From Candidatus Limnocylindrales bacterium (GTDB taxonomy: Bacteria; Moduliflexota; Moduliflexia; Moduliflexales; JAUQPW01): a DNA stretch of 61,572 nt. The notes under the pieces are model-generated. The model did not search any database. It worked only from the letters and a program-made list of their open reading frames with translations, and was not told the DNA's origin. The position numbers were made by a program, and so were the translations under genes. The stretch is from contig DATMBG010000033.1 of the NCBI GenBank assembly GCA_035559535.1, forward strand, positions 1 to 61,572. Direction: 5' to 3'. Within the stretch, counting starts at the first letter, position 1; every line of letters starts with the position of its first letter. Below are positions 18,823 through 29,510 of the stretch, piece after piece.

Positions 18823-19695
18823 ATGTCTATGAAACCTTCAAGGCTCCATAGCTTGACAGCAAGGGTTTTTACAGATAAAAGCCTGGGGCTTTATCTTCAG
18901 GAAATCGGTAAAATTCCCACTACCACCAGAAAAGAAGAACAAGAGCTAGCTGAAAGGATCCAACAGGGGGATCAGGAAGCTCTTAATCGTCTGGTTGAAG
19001 GGAATTTAAAGTTTGTGGTTAAAATCGCCCAGGGTTATCAAGGATGTGGGCTATCTCTGGCCGATTTAATCAATGAAGGAAATCTCGGGCTTATTGAAGC
19101 CGCTAAGCGGTTTGACCCTTCAAAAAAAGTTAAATTTATCTCCTATGCCGTTTGGTGGATCCGACAGGCCATTCTACGGGCCTTATCTGAGCAGAGCCGT
19201 ACCATTCGATTACCATTGAAACAGGGAGGGCTTTTGACAAAACTCGGCAGGGTATACAACGAGCTGATTCAGGAGAAAGAAGGAAAAGAGCCCACACCGC
19301 AAGAAATCGCTGAAAGGATGGATATTCCGGAGAAAGAAGTTCGAGCTATTTTGGAACTCTCGAAAAAGCCATTATCCCTTGATGTACCCTCTGTCGAAGA
19401 TGAAGAAGTTACCTTGCTGAATTTTATTGCTAATAAAACCCTGGCACCAGATGAAATAATCATCAAACGCGCTCTCGTTGAGGAGCTTCATGGACTTTTA
19501 GATGAGTTAGACCCTCGTGATGCAACCATTCTTCGACTACGATATGGAATCGATGGGGAAAAGCCGATGACACTGGAAGAGATCGGTAAACGCCTACATT
19601 TAAGTCGAGAGCGGGTTCGACAACTTGAAAAGCGGGCGAAAGAGAGGTTGAAAAGGCGGGCGGATGCTAAAAGTTTGGGAGATTTCCTAAGTTAA
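18823..19695 (+). CDS. alternative sigma-70 factor (RpoD/RpoS-like, lacking region 1.1)
   Basis: LYLQEIGK, DLINEGNLGLIEAAKRFD, YAVWWIRQAI, TLEEIG...SRERVRQLE. Confidence 0.95.
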   Translation: MSMKPSRLHSLTARVFTDKSLGLYLQEIGKIPTTTRKEEQELAERIQQGDQEALNRLVEGNLKFVVKIAQGYQGCGLSLADLINEGNLGLIEAAKRFDPSKKVKFISYAVWWIRQAILRALSEQSRTIRLPLKQGGLLTKLGRVYNELIQEKEGKEPTPQEIAERMDIPEKEVRAILELSKKPLSLDVPSVEDEEVTLLNFIANKTLAPDEIIIKRALVEELHGLLDELDPRDATILRLRYGIDGEKPMTLEEIGKRLHLSRERVRQLEKRAKERLKRRADAKSLGDFLS

Positions 19696-19775
19696 AAGAA
19701 CACAGAAGCAAAGAAAACGAAGTAATCTGTTTCTTTGCAGTGTTATCTTGATGAGGGGGTGTAAAGGGTCAGTTC

Positions 19776-20054
19776 ATGAAGAAAAGGGTACAGCTACTAT
19801 ATTGTGATGCCTGCATTGTGGCTGAAAATTACCACGAATGGAGTGCTGACTTACGCCCCGGTGTCTGTGCCTGCTGTGGATGCAGGATTGTTTTGGATAA
19901 CGGTAAGGCTTTAATCTGCGAGGGTTGCGTTGATGTGGGCTGGTACTTATGTGAATTTTGTGGTAATCCACAGAATGACAGTAAGGAAGAGACTTGCTGC
20001 GAGCAGAAAAAAGAAGAGCTATTTACAACCAGGAGGAAAGGGGAGGAAAAGTAA
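19776..20054 (+). CDS. small cysteine-rich putative zinc-binding protein
   Basis: CDAC, CACCGC, CEGC, CEFC, CC in 92 aa; weak SD. Confidence 0.45.
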   Translation: MKKRVQLLYCDACIVAENYHEWSADLRPGVCACCGCRIVLDNGKALICEGCVDVGWYLCEFCGNPQNDSKEETCCEQKKEELFTTRRKGEEK

Positions 20055-20224
20055 TACCCTCTCCCCTCAGGGTGGCTCTCATACCGGTTACCTCGTCGGG
20101 AAGTTTAGTTTAAGCCTGTCACAAGAGTCCTGGCAGAGGCAGTTTTAGGTTTATTGTTAACTGGAAATGGTATAAAATCCTTCCCAATTCAGATAAAAAG
20201 GTAGATGGACGGAGTCCAAAGTTT

Positions 20225-21871
20225 TTAACTTAAGCCGATTATATTACCGGTTTCGTCAACATCCAACTTTGTGGCCTGTGAGATCTTGGGTAACCCTGGC
20301 ATGAGTAACATATTCCCGGCTACCACTACGATAAATCCAGCGCCGGCTGATAGATGTGCATCGGTAACAGTCAGAATCCAATCCTTTGGGGCGCCAGGTA
20401 GTTTTGGATTATCTGAAAGAGAGGACTCCGTCTTAGCCATACATACAGGCAGGTGATTGAAGCCCAGTTCAGCAAATTTTTGTAGTTTCTGGAGGGCTTT
20501 GGACTCCACATGAATGGAACTTGCACCGTAGATCTCCTTTGCAATGGTTTCAATCTTCTCCTCTATACTCAATGTTAAGGGATAAAGAGGATGTACTGCC
20601 TCAGGACTGGAGATTTCCGCAAGCGTTATAACCTTTGAAGCCAGATCCCATGCACCGGATCCCCCCTTGTCAAAGACTTCAACTATTGAATTTTCGACAT
20701 CTCTTTCCCTACAGAAATCCTGAACTCGTTGAATTTCAGTTTGAGTATCAGAGGGGAAGCGATTGATGGCAACAACGAAAGGCAAATTGAATTTTCGAAG
20801 GTTTTCCATATGTTTGGCCAGGTTACTAAAGCCGTGTTTCAAAGTTGCCATATCCTTAGAAACAGGTTCATTCTGTAAAGTTCCTTGAGATGCTAAAGCC
20901 CTTATTGTGACAACCAAAACTGCTAGGGTCGGTTTTATACCCGAGGCGGGCATTACGATATCAAGATACTTTTCCGCACCGAGGTCAGCTCCAAATCCTG
21001 TTTCATTCACAACGTAATCGGCAAGCTTTAGGGCCATTTTTTGTGAAATAATGCTGCTAGTACCATGGGCAATGTTTGCGAAGGGTCCAGCGTGAATCAA
21101 TGCAGGAGTGTGTTCACTGGTTTGCACCAGATTGGGTAGAATGGCTTCCTTCAAAAGGACCATCATAGCTCCTGTAGCTTTTAAATCGACTGCACGAAGA
21201 ATCCTCCCGTCCAGATCAAAACCGATTACCACCTCATTAAGTCTACGACGCAAATCCTCACGAGAATTAGCAAGGGCCAGTATGGCCATGATTTCTGATG
21301 CTGCTGTTATAACAAAACCGGTCTCCCTTGGCACACCATTTGCCTTCCCACCAAGACCTACGATAATGTGACGTAAGGCACGATCGTTCATGTCGACGGC
21401 ACGTGGCCAGAAGATATTGTCGACGTCAATCCGAAGATCATTGCCGTGATGGATGTGCGAGTCAATCATTGCTGCCAGCAAATTGTGGGCTGCTGTTACT
21501 GCATGGAAGTCTCCTGTAAAGTGAAGATTGATCACCTCGCTGGGAAGTACTTTAGATTTTCCACCCCCCGTTGCCCCTCCCTTTACCCCAAATACAGGAC
21601 CAAGGGAAGGTTCTCGTAACGTCACAACAGCCTTCTTTCCAATTTGTTCAAGGGCTTGTGCCAGACCAATTGAAACAATAGTCTTGCCTTCTCCGTAACG
21701 GGTAGGAGTCATGGCTGTGACCAGGATTAGCTTACCCAGGTCGGGGGTTTTAAACTGAGAGAGCAGATCCAATTTTAGTTTTGCGATGTACTTTCCGTAG
21801 TAATCCATATACTCGTCGGGAATTCCCAACTTATCTGCAATTTCCCGAACAGGTCGCATTCCGTCGGTCAT
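20225..21871 (-). CDS. fhs: formate--tetrahydrofolate ligase
   Basis: TPTRYGEGKT, REPSLGPVFGVKGGATGGG, HAGPFANIAHG, GFGADLGAEK. Confidence 0.96.
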   Translation of the reverse strand: MTDGMRPVREIADKLGIPDEYMDYYGKYIAKLKLDLLSQFKTPDLGKLILVTAMTPTRYGEGKTIVSIGLAQALEQIGKKAVVTLREPSLGPVFGVKGGATGGGKSKVLPSEVINLHFTGDFHAVTAAHNLLAAMIDSHIHHGNDLRIDVDNIFWPRAVDMNDRALRHIIVGLGGKANGVPRETGFVITAASEIMAILALANSREDLRRRLNEVVIGFDLDGRILRAVDLKATGAMMVLLKEAILPNLVQTSEHTPALIHAGPFANIAHGTSSIISQKMALKLADYVVNETGFGADLGAEKYLDIVMPASGIKPTLAVLVVTIRALASQGTLQNEPVSKDMATLKHGFSNLAKHMENLRKFNLPFVVAINRFPSDTQTEIQRVQDFCRERDVENSIVEVFDKGGSGAWDLASKVITLAEISSPEAVHPLYPLTLSIEEKIETIAKEIYGASSIHVESKALQKLQKFAELGFNHLPVCMAKTESSLSDNPKLPGAPKDWILTVTDAHLSAGAGFIVVVAGNMLLMPGLPKISQATKLDVDETGNIIGLS

Positions 21872-21929
21872 AGTTTTTCCTTCCTTTTCCTGTGACGAAA
21901 ACCCGATGCCAGTGATGCCCCTTAGAATT

Positions 21930-23630
21930 TTAACGAAAATAAGCCTTCAAAACATACTCCTGCATCATTCGATGGGTATTAAAGAAAGAACCATTAAGGG
22001 CTATGGAATGGCGCATGACATCTAAAAAGCGATCCCGATCATGGTAAAAGAGGGGAATAATTACTCGCTCTAATTTGTCATAAAGGGAGGAAGCGTCCTG
22101 GGATCGATCACTGCTTTCCCCCATTCCCCGTCCATTTTCTCCAATGGACCATCCTGTTATTCCCTCAATGTGACCTTCAATCCACCATCCATCCAGAACA
22201 CTGAGGCTTGGGATCCCATTGATTGCTGCTTTCATTCCACTTGTTCCCGAAGCTTCAAGGGGAGGTTGGGGGGTATTAAGCCACAGGTCGACCCCTGAGG
22301 TCATCATTTTAGCGAGCTCCATATCATAATTTTCAAGGTAAACAACCTTGACATCTCTCCGGAGCGCTTCTTTAGCTTGAAAAATTCGTCGGATAAGCTC
22401 CTTGCCACCTTGGTCCTGAGGATGGGCTTTTCCGGCATAAATTACTTGAAACAATCCGGTCCTTGATGAAATGCTTTTAAGCCGTTCAATATCTTGAAAG
22501 AGAAGATCCCCCCTTTTGTACAGGGTAGCACGCCTTGCAAAACCAACGGTTAAAACATCCACATCCATTCCAATATTGGTTTCCCGGTTCACATAGAAAA
22601 TCAACCGCTTCTTCGCTCGGGTATGGGCTTCCCATATTTCCTGCTTGGGGATGCTCAGAGCATACCTGAGGCTAAAGTTGTCCTGTCTCCAACCCGGAAT
22701 ATAGCGGTCATAGAGTTCCTGGAAAGGTTTTGCCGCCCAGGTAGCTAGGTGAACTCCATTGGTAATGGCATCAATGGTATAACCGGCAAACATCAATTTT
22801 GAAACCTCTGCGTGTTTCTTTGCAACCCCATTGATATAATGACTCAGATTAAGGGCCAGGTAAGTCATATTGAGAAGATCATCGCAACAGAAAATCTCTT
22901 TCATGTCCATGTCAAAAACCTCTCGACGCCCAAGGACCTGGTCGACTAACTTCAGGGGGAACTTATCGTGCCCGGCAGGAACAGGGGTATGAGTAGTAAA
23001 CACACATTTTGCCCTCACTGCTTCAATATCCTCGTGGGTGATTGATTTTCTGCCGGCTTTCTTTACTTCCTCATCTAAAAGCTCCAGGGTTAGCAAGCTT
23101 GCATGGCCTTCGTTCATATGAAAGCGCTCAATGTTTTTATAACCCAGAGCACGAAGCATTCTCACACCCCCAATTCCAAGAATTACTTCTTGACAAAGTC
23201 GATAGTGCTGATCCCCTCCATAAAGAAAATGGGTTAAAGTTCTGTCCCATTCAGAATTTTCCGGTAAATCTGTATCCAGAAAATAAACAGGAACTTTGAA
23301 GCCCCCAATGCCATTAACCTCATATCTCCAGGAGCGAAGTTGAACAGTTCGTCCTTCTAAGGTCACGGAAGTTCTCTGAGGCATCTCTTCTAAAAAATCT
23401 TCGACGACCCACTCCACGGGTTCTTCTCTTTGCCAGCCATTTGCATCAAGCCTCTGATAAAAATAGCCCTTCCGATGGAGAAGTGTGACTGCAACCATGG
23501 GCACATTGAGATCCGCTGCAGCACGAATGGTATCCCCCGCCAGTACACCCAGCCCTCCACTGTAAGTGGGTATACCGGCTTCAAGCCCTATCTCCATGGA
23601 AAAATATGCAATGGATCTCTGGTTGTTCAT
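21930..23630 (-). CDS. glgP: alpha-glucan phosphorylase (short form)
   Basis: [43 protein letters not shown]. Confidence 0.95.
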   Translation of the reverse strand: MNNQRSIAYFSMEIGLEAGIPTYSGGLGVLAGDTIRAAADLNVPMVAVTLLHRKGYFYQRLDANGWQREEPVEWVVEDFLEEMPQRTSVTLEGRTVQLRSWRYEVNGIGGFKVPVYFLDTDLPENSEWDRTLTHFLYGGDQHYRLCQEVILGIGGVRMLRALGYKNIERFHMNEGHASLLTLELLDEEVKKAGRKSITHEDIEAVRAKCVFTTHTPVPAGHDKFPLKLVDQVLGRREVFDMDMKEIFCCDDLLNMTYLALNLSHYINGVAKKHAEVSKLMFAGYTIDAITNGVHLATWAAKPFQELYDRYIPGWRQDNFSLRYALSIPKQEIWEAHTRAKKRLIFYVNRETNIGMDVDVLTVGFARRATLYKRGDLLFQDIERLKSISSRTGLFQVIYAGKAHPQDQGGKELIRRIFQAKEALRRDVKVVYLENYDMELAKMMTSGVDLWLNTPQPPLEASGTSGMKAAINGIPSLSVLDGWWIEGHIEGITGWSIGENGRGMGESSDRSQDASSLYDKLERVIIPLFYHDRDRFLDVMRHSIALNGSFFNTHRMMQEYVLKAYFR

Positions 23631-23905
23631 AGACTTTACTCCTTTACATTTTGATTTTGAGTTAATTCACATCCTTTGCCATCCCTTAACGGTTTACCAA
23701 CATAAGATTTCATTGTCATTGGCACCAAATGCTTGCCTTTATCTTCCCTTCAACGAGGGATCTCAATCAGCAATAGCAATAAAATTGGCTTATTTAATTT
23801 TTGATTATGACGGTCTCTATCAGCTTATAAAATGTGATAGGTCAGGTAGAAGGTATCTGAATCCTGCTTGTCCTATAAAGGACGAAAAACCTGATAGCAG
23901 AAGTT

Positions 23906-25432
23906 TCATACAGACGCCTCCATGTGGAAAATGTTTGGATTGGCCTTTACGTAATCTAATGCGTAGGCCAGTTCCCCGGGTGTTTCAGCATGAACGGTAA
24001 ACAGCGGCTGCCCCTTTTCGATGATGGAACCGAGGCGGGCATGTAATTCGAGACCTGCTGCCGGGGCATCTGGTGCACCGGCAAGCTTTGCGATTCGAGC
24101 CAGGCGACGATTATCAATACCAATAATACGACCTCCATATGGGGCTGTTACAACATGGGTATGGGTAGCGCAAGGAGGTTCACGCATGCCACCTTGGGCT
24201 TCGCAGATTGCCTGGAATTTACGCCAGGCACGTCCATTATTTAGGACCTCTTGGGCGACTTTCTGACCTTGACCTGAAGGAACACGGGACGAAAGTTCCA
24301 GGATATGACCGGCCAGCAGCAGCGCCCGTTCACGTAGATCTTGTGGAGCATCTCTTTCCCCACGCAATACAGAAAGTACATCCCGTGCCTCCAGGGCCGG
24401 TCCAATACGACGGCCCACAGGTTGTGAACCGTCGGTAAAGATCACCCGCACTTCCAAACCAACTTCACGACCGACCTCCACAAGATGATTGCTCAGGGTT
24501 TTAGCTGCTTCAGAGGTACGTACTTTGGCAGTGGGTCCTACGGGCATATCCAGGACGACATGGGTTGAGCCTGCAGCAGCTTTCTTGGATAATACCGAGG
24601 CGACCAGTTGTCCCTCGCTGTCGAGATCCAACGATCGCTCAACCCGAATCAGAATGTCGTCGGCGGGGCTTAAGCGAAGGGCTCCGCCCCAGACGATACA
24701 TCCCCCCTCACGTTCTACCACCCGACGTATGCCTGCGGTATCAAGGTTTACAGGGGCCAGGGTTTCCATAGTATCGGCTGTACCGGCAGGGGATGTAATA
24801 GCCCTTGAGGAGGTCTTCGGAATGATCAAACCACAGGCTGCAATGATCGGCACCACCAGTAAGGTGGTGCGATTACCCGGCAATCCACCAACACTATGTT
24901 TATCCATGACCGGTGTATGCCCCCAATCGAGTCGTTCCCCCGCTTCAATCATCGCCCGCGTAAGGGCTATCATCTCCTGATGATCCAGACGATCCCCAGA
25001 ACAGGCAGTAATGAATGCAGAGAGGTGAACATCCGAATAGCGGCCGGCCACAATGTCATATACGATAGTTTTCATAGCCATCCTATCAAGCCGTTTTCCA
25101 TAGACCTTGGCACGTACATGGCTGAGGGATTCTACCGGTGCTGGATGAGATAGCACAACCTGATCCCCTTCCTGCGCTCCTAGAAGGCGCCATGCCGCCT
25201 CCGACAGACCAACCTCATCCAATGCTAACAGATCGGTGGTAACAACATTGAGTGTGGCGATAATCGAGCGATTACTATGATCAACCTGTACACGGGCCTG
25301 TGCTTCAAAGCCTTCCGAGCGGCACACATAGCAATCGCGATGCATATAAATAACCGCTTCTTGATAGGTATCGATACCCAGCCGGCGTAACCGCAAGGAA
25401 CGGGTTCTATCGGTATGGGAAATACCCCCCAT
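23906..25432 (-). CDS. thymidine/AMP phosphorylase-like protein (archaeal-type family)
   Basis: DKHSVGGLPGNRTT, PKTSSRAITSPAGTADTME, N-terminal CRSEGF domain. Confidence 0.92.
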   Translation of the reverse strand: MGGISHTDRTRSLRLRRLGIDTYQEAVIYMHRDCYVCRSEGFEAQARVQVDHSNRSIIATLNVVTTDLLALDEVGLSEAAWRLLGAQEGDQVVLSHPAPVESLSHVRAKVYGKRLDRMAMKTIVYDIVAGRYSDVHLSAFITACSGDRLDHQEMIALTRAMIEAGERLDWGHTPVMDKHSVGGLPGNRTTLLVVPIIAACGLIIPKTSSRAITSPAGTADTMETLAPVNLDTAGIRRVVEREGGCIVWGGALRLSPADDILIRVERSLDLDSEGQLVASVLSKKAAAGSTHVVLDMPVGPTAKVRTSEAAKTLSNHLVEVGREVGLEVRVIFTDGSQPVGRRIGPALEARDVLSVLRGERDAPQDLRERALLLAGHILELSSRVPSGQGQKVAQEVLNNGRAWRKFQAICEAQGGMREPPCATHTHVVTAPYGGRIIGIDNRRLARIAKLAGAPDAPAAGLELHARLGSIIEKGQPLFTVHAETPGELAYALDYVKANPNIFHMEASV

Positions 25433-25604
25433 GCTGATTCCTCCCTAAAAGATTTCAATGCAGAAGGTTTCCCCATGAACTCTTCCTGGTTCCTTCGGGA
25501 AAAGCTGGGAATATGGATGGGTTATTTCTCTCCCCCCTTGCCTTTCATTTTTCATATCTTCTCGCCAAAGGGAATTTAAAGACATCTACTCTCCTCGCAA
25601 GTCC

Positions 25605-25804
25605 CATATGCACCAGGATAAGGTCTAAATAATAAAAACCAGATGGTAGACTTCATCATGGCGACAAAACCTTTTAACAATCCAACAAAAGGAGAAAGAG
25701 TGATGAAACAACTACTTAAAGATACAAATACCTTTTTTGAGGAATTATTGCAAGATCTACCCAAAGAGATGAGAGAGATGATCCGTGAGAGTTCAAGAAG
25801 GTAA
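25605..25804 (+). mobile_element. IS4-family remnant: left end and 5' fragment of transposase
   Basis: CATATGCACCAGGATAAGG IR-like end; SD AAGGAG then MKQLLKDTNTFFEELLQDLPKEMREMIRE (25703-25804), resembling recalled IS4-family transposase N-termini. Confidence 0.5.
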
Positions 25805-26149
25805 GGTAGTTGTTTTTTAAAGTTCCATATTCTTTGACCCTCTCTTTTTTTCATGGCTGATGAGTTAAACCAGTTGTTCAAAATAAGCTTTCTCCTCGGT
25901 TAAGGTTCCACGACATATGAATCCTGCAAACAGAAGATCGGCAAAAGAGAAGAGCTTTTTTACGACTTCGAGCTATCCTCGGAAGTTATTCGAGGCCATC
26001 ATCAATACCCTTTCGCCTTGAAAGAGCTGAGAGGGGTATTTCATTTAAAGGGGATCGAACCGAGGCATAGGTTTTGTATAGATAAACCCATTAGCAAAGT
26101 CGGTTATGAAGCGTTTTGGTTTTTTTGAAAAACTACAAGTAAGATAATC

Positions 26150-28693
26150 ATGAAGCAAGTCCCCTTAACGACTCTCTTTGAGCAGTTACGTACTTCTGAG
26201 CGGGGTTTGACCAGCCAGGAGGCAAGTCGGCGCCTGGCTGAGATTGGTCCGAACGAACCGGTTCCCCCACGACGTACTTCTAGTGTTGTACAAATATTAC
26301 TTTTCTTTGTGAATCCATTGACCGGTATCCTGCTGATCGCCAGCTTTGTCTCTGCCTTCCTTGGAGAACTCCTCAATGCTTCTATCATCGTCGTCATAGT
26401 ACTGCTGAGTGTCATCCTCAACTTCATTCAGACCTACCGCTCCCAGCGTGCTGCTGAGCGACTTCGTGGACAGGTAGCCTCCCTAGCTACGGTCCTTCGT
26501 GATGGGAACTGGGTTGAGCTGCCCCGGCGTGAGTTAGTTCCAGGTGATATTATCCGCTTGACGGCCGGGGATCTGGTACCTGCTGATGCACGCTTACTTC
26601 AAGCCAAAGATCTCCACGTCCAGCAAGCTATGCTCACCGGAGAATCGTTGCCGGTTGAGAAGGAGGCCATCGATTTCAGTTTTGAGTCACAATCCCCCCT
26701 TGATGCGCGCAATATGGTGTTCCTAGGTACTTCGGTTGTAAGCGGAATGGCAACTGCGTTGGTTATTTCGACAGGTTCGTCGACCGCATTCGGTAATATT
26801 GCCGCACGTCTTACAGCCCGACCACCTGAAACCGAGTTTGAGCGAGGTATTCGAAAATTTAGTTTTTTGATTATGCAGACTGTTTTTTTCCTGGTGCTTT
26901 TCGTGTTCCTGGTAAACATTATCCTGCAACGAGATCCGCTGGAATCCTTACTCTTTGCCATCGCCCTGGCTGTCGGGTTAACCCCAGAGTTCTTGCCCAT
27001 GATCACAACGATCACTCTCACACAGGGTGCTGTTCACATGGCGCGGCAGAAGGTTATCGTTAAACATCTGGCTGCCATTCAAAACTTTGGTAGTATTGAT
27101 GTGCTCTGCAGCGACAAGACGGGTACTTTGACCAGCGGAGAGATGGTCCTTGATCAGTATCTTGACCCTCTTGGGAAGAGAGCTGAGAAGGTTTTCCTGC
27201 TTGCTTACCTCAATAGTTTTTACGAGACAGGAGTTAAGCACCCTCTCGACGCAGCGATTCTACGAAGGGGGAATACAAACCCCCTCGATACGGCTATCTT
27301 GCAGCATGATTACCTGGATGTGCGAAGATATCGCAAGCGCGATGAAATTCCTTTCGATTTTGAACGGCGACGGCTCTCTGTGGTAGTTGAGACCGATGGT
27401 GAGTGCTTGCTGATTACTAAGGGTGCCCCTGAGGGTCTCTTAGCTCTCTGCTCCACTTATGAAGTAAATGGACAGCGCTATCCCTTAGACCCACAGGCAA
27501 GGACGAAGTGTAAGGTCACGTACCAGGAGCTCAGTGCCCAGGGGTATCGCGTGCTGGCAGTCGCTTACCGACCTGTACCACCCCGAGAGGTCTATAGTGT
27601 AACTGATGAGATGGATCTGGTACTCGCGGGCTTCGTAACATTTTTCGATCCTCTTGTGGAGGATGTCCCTGATACATTGCAAGCACTCCACCGAGATGGG
27701 GTGAAGGTGAAGATTCTGACCGGTGATAATGAACTGGTTGCCCGACATATTTGCTCACAGGTAGGGTTAGAAGCAGGTCGTATCGTATTGGGAGAGGAAC
27801 TTGACCGGATGAGCGACCCAGCGCTGGCCCACGTGGCTGACCAGGTCACGGTGTTTGCCCGTGTATCACCGGCTCAGAAAAACCGTATTATTCTCGCCTT
27901 GAAGCGTCGTGGTCATGTGGTGGGTTTTCTCGGGGATGGCATCAATGACGCTCCCTCCCTCTACGCCGCCGATGTTGGTATATCGGTTGCTACAGGAGTA
28001 GACGTTGCCAAGGATGCTGCGGATATCATCCTACTTGAGCGTGGTTTACAAGTCCTGCACAGCGGTATCATCGAGGGGCGCAAGGCCTTCGGCAATGTGA
28101 TGAAATATCTACTTATGGGTACCAGTTCCAATTTCGGAAATATGTTCAGTATGGCAGGAGCCTCTCTGTTCTTGCCGTTTTTGCCCATGTTGCCGATGCA
28201 AATTTTACTCAACAACTTTCTCTACGACCTCGCCCAGGTGACCATCCCGACCGATAACGTCGACCCTACCTTTACCCATAAACCCCGACGCTGGAATATT
28301 TCCATCATCCGCGATTTTATGGTGTTCATCGGTCCAATCAGTTCCATTTATGATTTTCTGACATTTTTCGCGCTGCTGAAACTCTTCCATGCCTCAGAGA
28401 CACTCTTTCATACGGGCTGGTTTATCGAGTCGTTGGTTACTCAGACGCTTGTACTCTTTATCATCCGAACAGCCGGTAATCCATTGCAGAGTCGACCCAG
28501 TTTCCCCCTGACGAGCACCACCCTTCTGGTAGTCTTCATTGGCATCCTGCTTCCATTCACCCCCCTGGCCGTCCCACTCGGCTTCACCCCGCTGCCGGGT
28601 ACCTACTTTATCTTCCTTATCAGCGTAACGAGTACTTATTTGCTGCTCGTCGAGCTGGCCAAGCGTCGCTTGATGAGACCTCTTCTAAGTTGA
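26150..28693 (+). CDS. mgtA: magnesium-translocating P-type ATPase
   Basis: TGES, PEFLPM, DKTGTLT, GDGINDAP, KYLLMGTSSNFGNMFS. Confidence 0.93.
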   Translation: MKQVPLTTLFEQLRTSERGLTSQEASRRLAEIGPNEPVPPRRTSSVVQILLFFVNPLTGILLIASFVSAFLGELLNASIIVVIVLLSVILNFIQTYRSQRAAERLRGQVASLATVLRDGNWVELPRRELVPGDIIRLTAGDLVPADARLLQAKDLHVQQAMLTGESLPVEKEAIDFSFESQSPLDARNMVFLGTSVVSGMATALVISTGSSTAFGNIAARLTARPPETEFERGIRKFSFLIMQTVFFLVLFVFLVNIILQRDPLESLLFAIALAVGLTPEFLPMITTITLTQGAVHMARQKVIVKHLAAIQNFGSIDVLCSDKTGTLTSGEMVLDQYLDPLGKRAEKVFLLAYLNSFYETGVKHPLDAAILRRGNTNPLDTAILQHDYLDVRRYRKRDEIPFDFERRRLSVVVETDGECLLITKGAPEGLLALCSTYEVNGQRYPLDPQARTKCKVTYQELSAQGYRVLAVAYRPVPPREVYSVTDEMDLVLAGFVTFFDPLVEDVPDTLQALHRDGVKVKILTGDNELVARHICSQVGLEAGRIVLGEELDRMSDPALAHVADQVTVFARVSPAQKNRIILALKRRGHVVGFLGDGINDAPSLYAADVGISVATGVDVAKDAADIILLERGLQVLHSGIIEGRKAFGNVMKYLLMGTSSNFGNMFSMAGASLFLPFLPMLPMQILLNNFLYDLAQVTIPTDNVDPTFTHKPRRWNISIIRDFMVFIGPISSIYDFLTFFALLKLFHASETLFHTGWFIESLVTQTLVLFIIRTAGNPLQSRPSFPLTSTTLLVVFIGILLPFTPLAVPLGFTPLPGTYFIFLISVTSTYLLLVELAKRRLMRPLLS

Positions 28694-28827
28694 GCCAACC
28701 CCAGGCTGTCCAAGTCGCAGAATTTAACTAACTGGTAGTTCCACTGTTTTTAAGTTGGTTCAAATCATACGCTAAGTATGTTGAGGGTATCCTCGCTTGC
28801 AGGGTGGAAGGGATTTAAATCAAGAAT

Positions 28828-29110
28828 CTAAAAATTACGACGACGAACATGATAGGTTGGAAAGGTACCATATCCTTTGGCTAATGGGGTCTGTCCAACA
28901 TAGTCACATCGGAATTCGCGAATTTGTCCCACCGCTGTTAGAGCCGCGAATACCTAGCTTGCATATACCCGACCTGGCGGCGTAATTGGCTCAAGCCGTG
29001 CGGCACGGATCACATGGGTGCTGGTACAGGCTGGCAGTTGGGTTACAGGATTCGTGTACGCATAGACTGGACCCGCATGCAGGGTGATTCGAAGGCTTAA
29101 TTCTTTTCTA
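28828..29110 (-). pseudogene. class III adenylate/guanylate cyclase C-terminal fragment
   Basis: LRITLHAGPVY...HVIRAARLEPITPPGRVYAS*VFAAL...CDYVGQTPLAKGYG; internal TAG at 28954-28956; no N-terminus. Confidence 0.8.
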
Positions 29111-29457
29111 TTATATACCCAGGGAAGACGACCACGCAAGGAATCCAGAGGCCCTGTTCGATACGCTTTTTATCATCCCCCCGGTACTCCATGAGGAGTC
29201 GAGCATTACAAGGGGTGGAACTGAGGTCCCCGGTACGGTTTTCATTCCTTACTTCCCTACCTCCATACCCCCCCACTTCCATACTTTCATAGTCCTTCGT
29301 GGATAAAAATACAAAAGTGTAGTAACTTACAGGAAGTATCTGCTGGGTCTTGGTATGCGGACGGATAATCCTGGTAAGTTGGCTAACTGTTCAGTCATGA
29401 CTTTCTTTACCCTCAAATAAATAACTCGAATCCCTCTTGGACTATGTAGAGATCTTT

Positions 29458-29486
29458 TTGACAATTCCTCTAAAGAGTGTTATAAA
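29458..29486 (+). promoter_or_regulatory. sigma-70 promoter
   Basis: TTGACA-17 nt-TATAAA with extended TG. Confidence 0.8.
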
Positions 29487-29510
29487 AAGATAAATTAAGT
29501 CTAAAAAACA

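Noticed and set aside
26062-26078. sigma-54-like GAGGCATAGGTTTTGTA upstream of mgtA
   Set aside because: -12 element is GT not GC and no clear TGTC-N9-GACA nearby; possible but not counted
28954-28956. In-frame TAG in the cyclase fragment as pyrrolysine readthrough
   Set aside because: Gene lacks its N-terminus; a CAG/GAG to TAG nonsense mutation in a pseudogene is simpler; no pyl genes in the window
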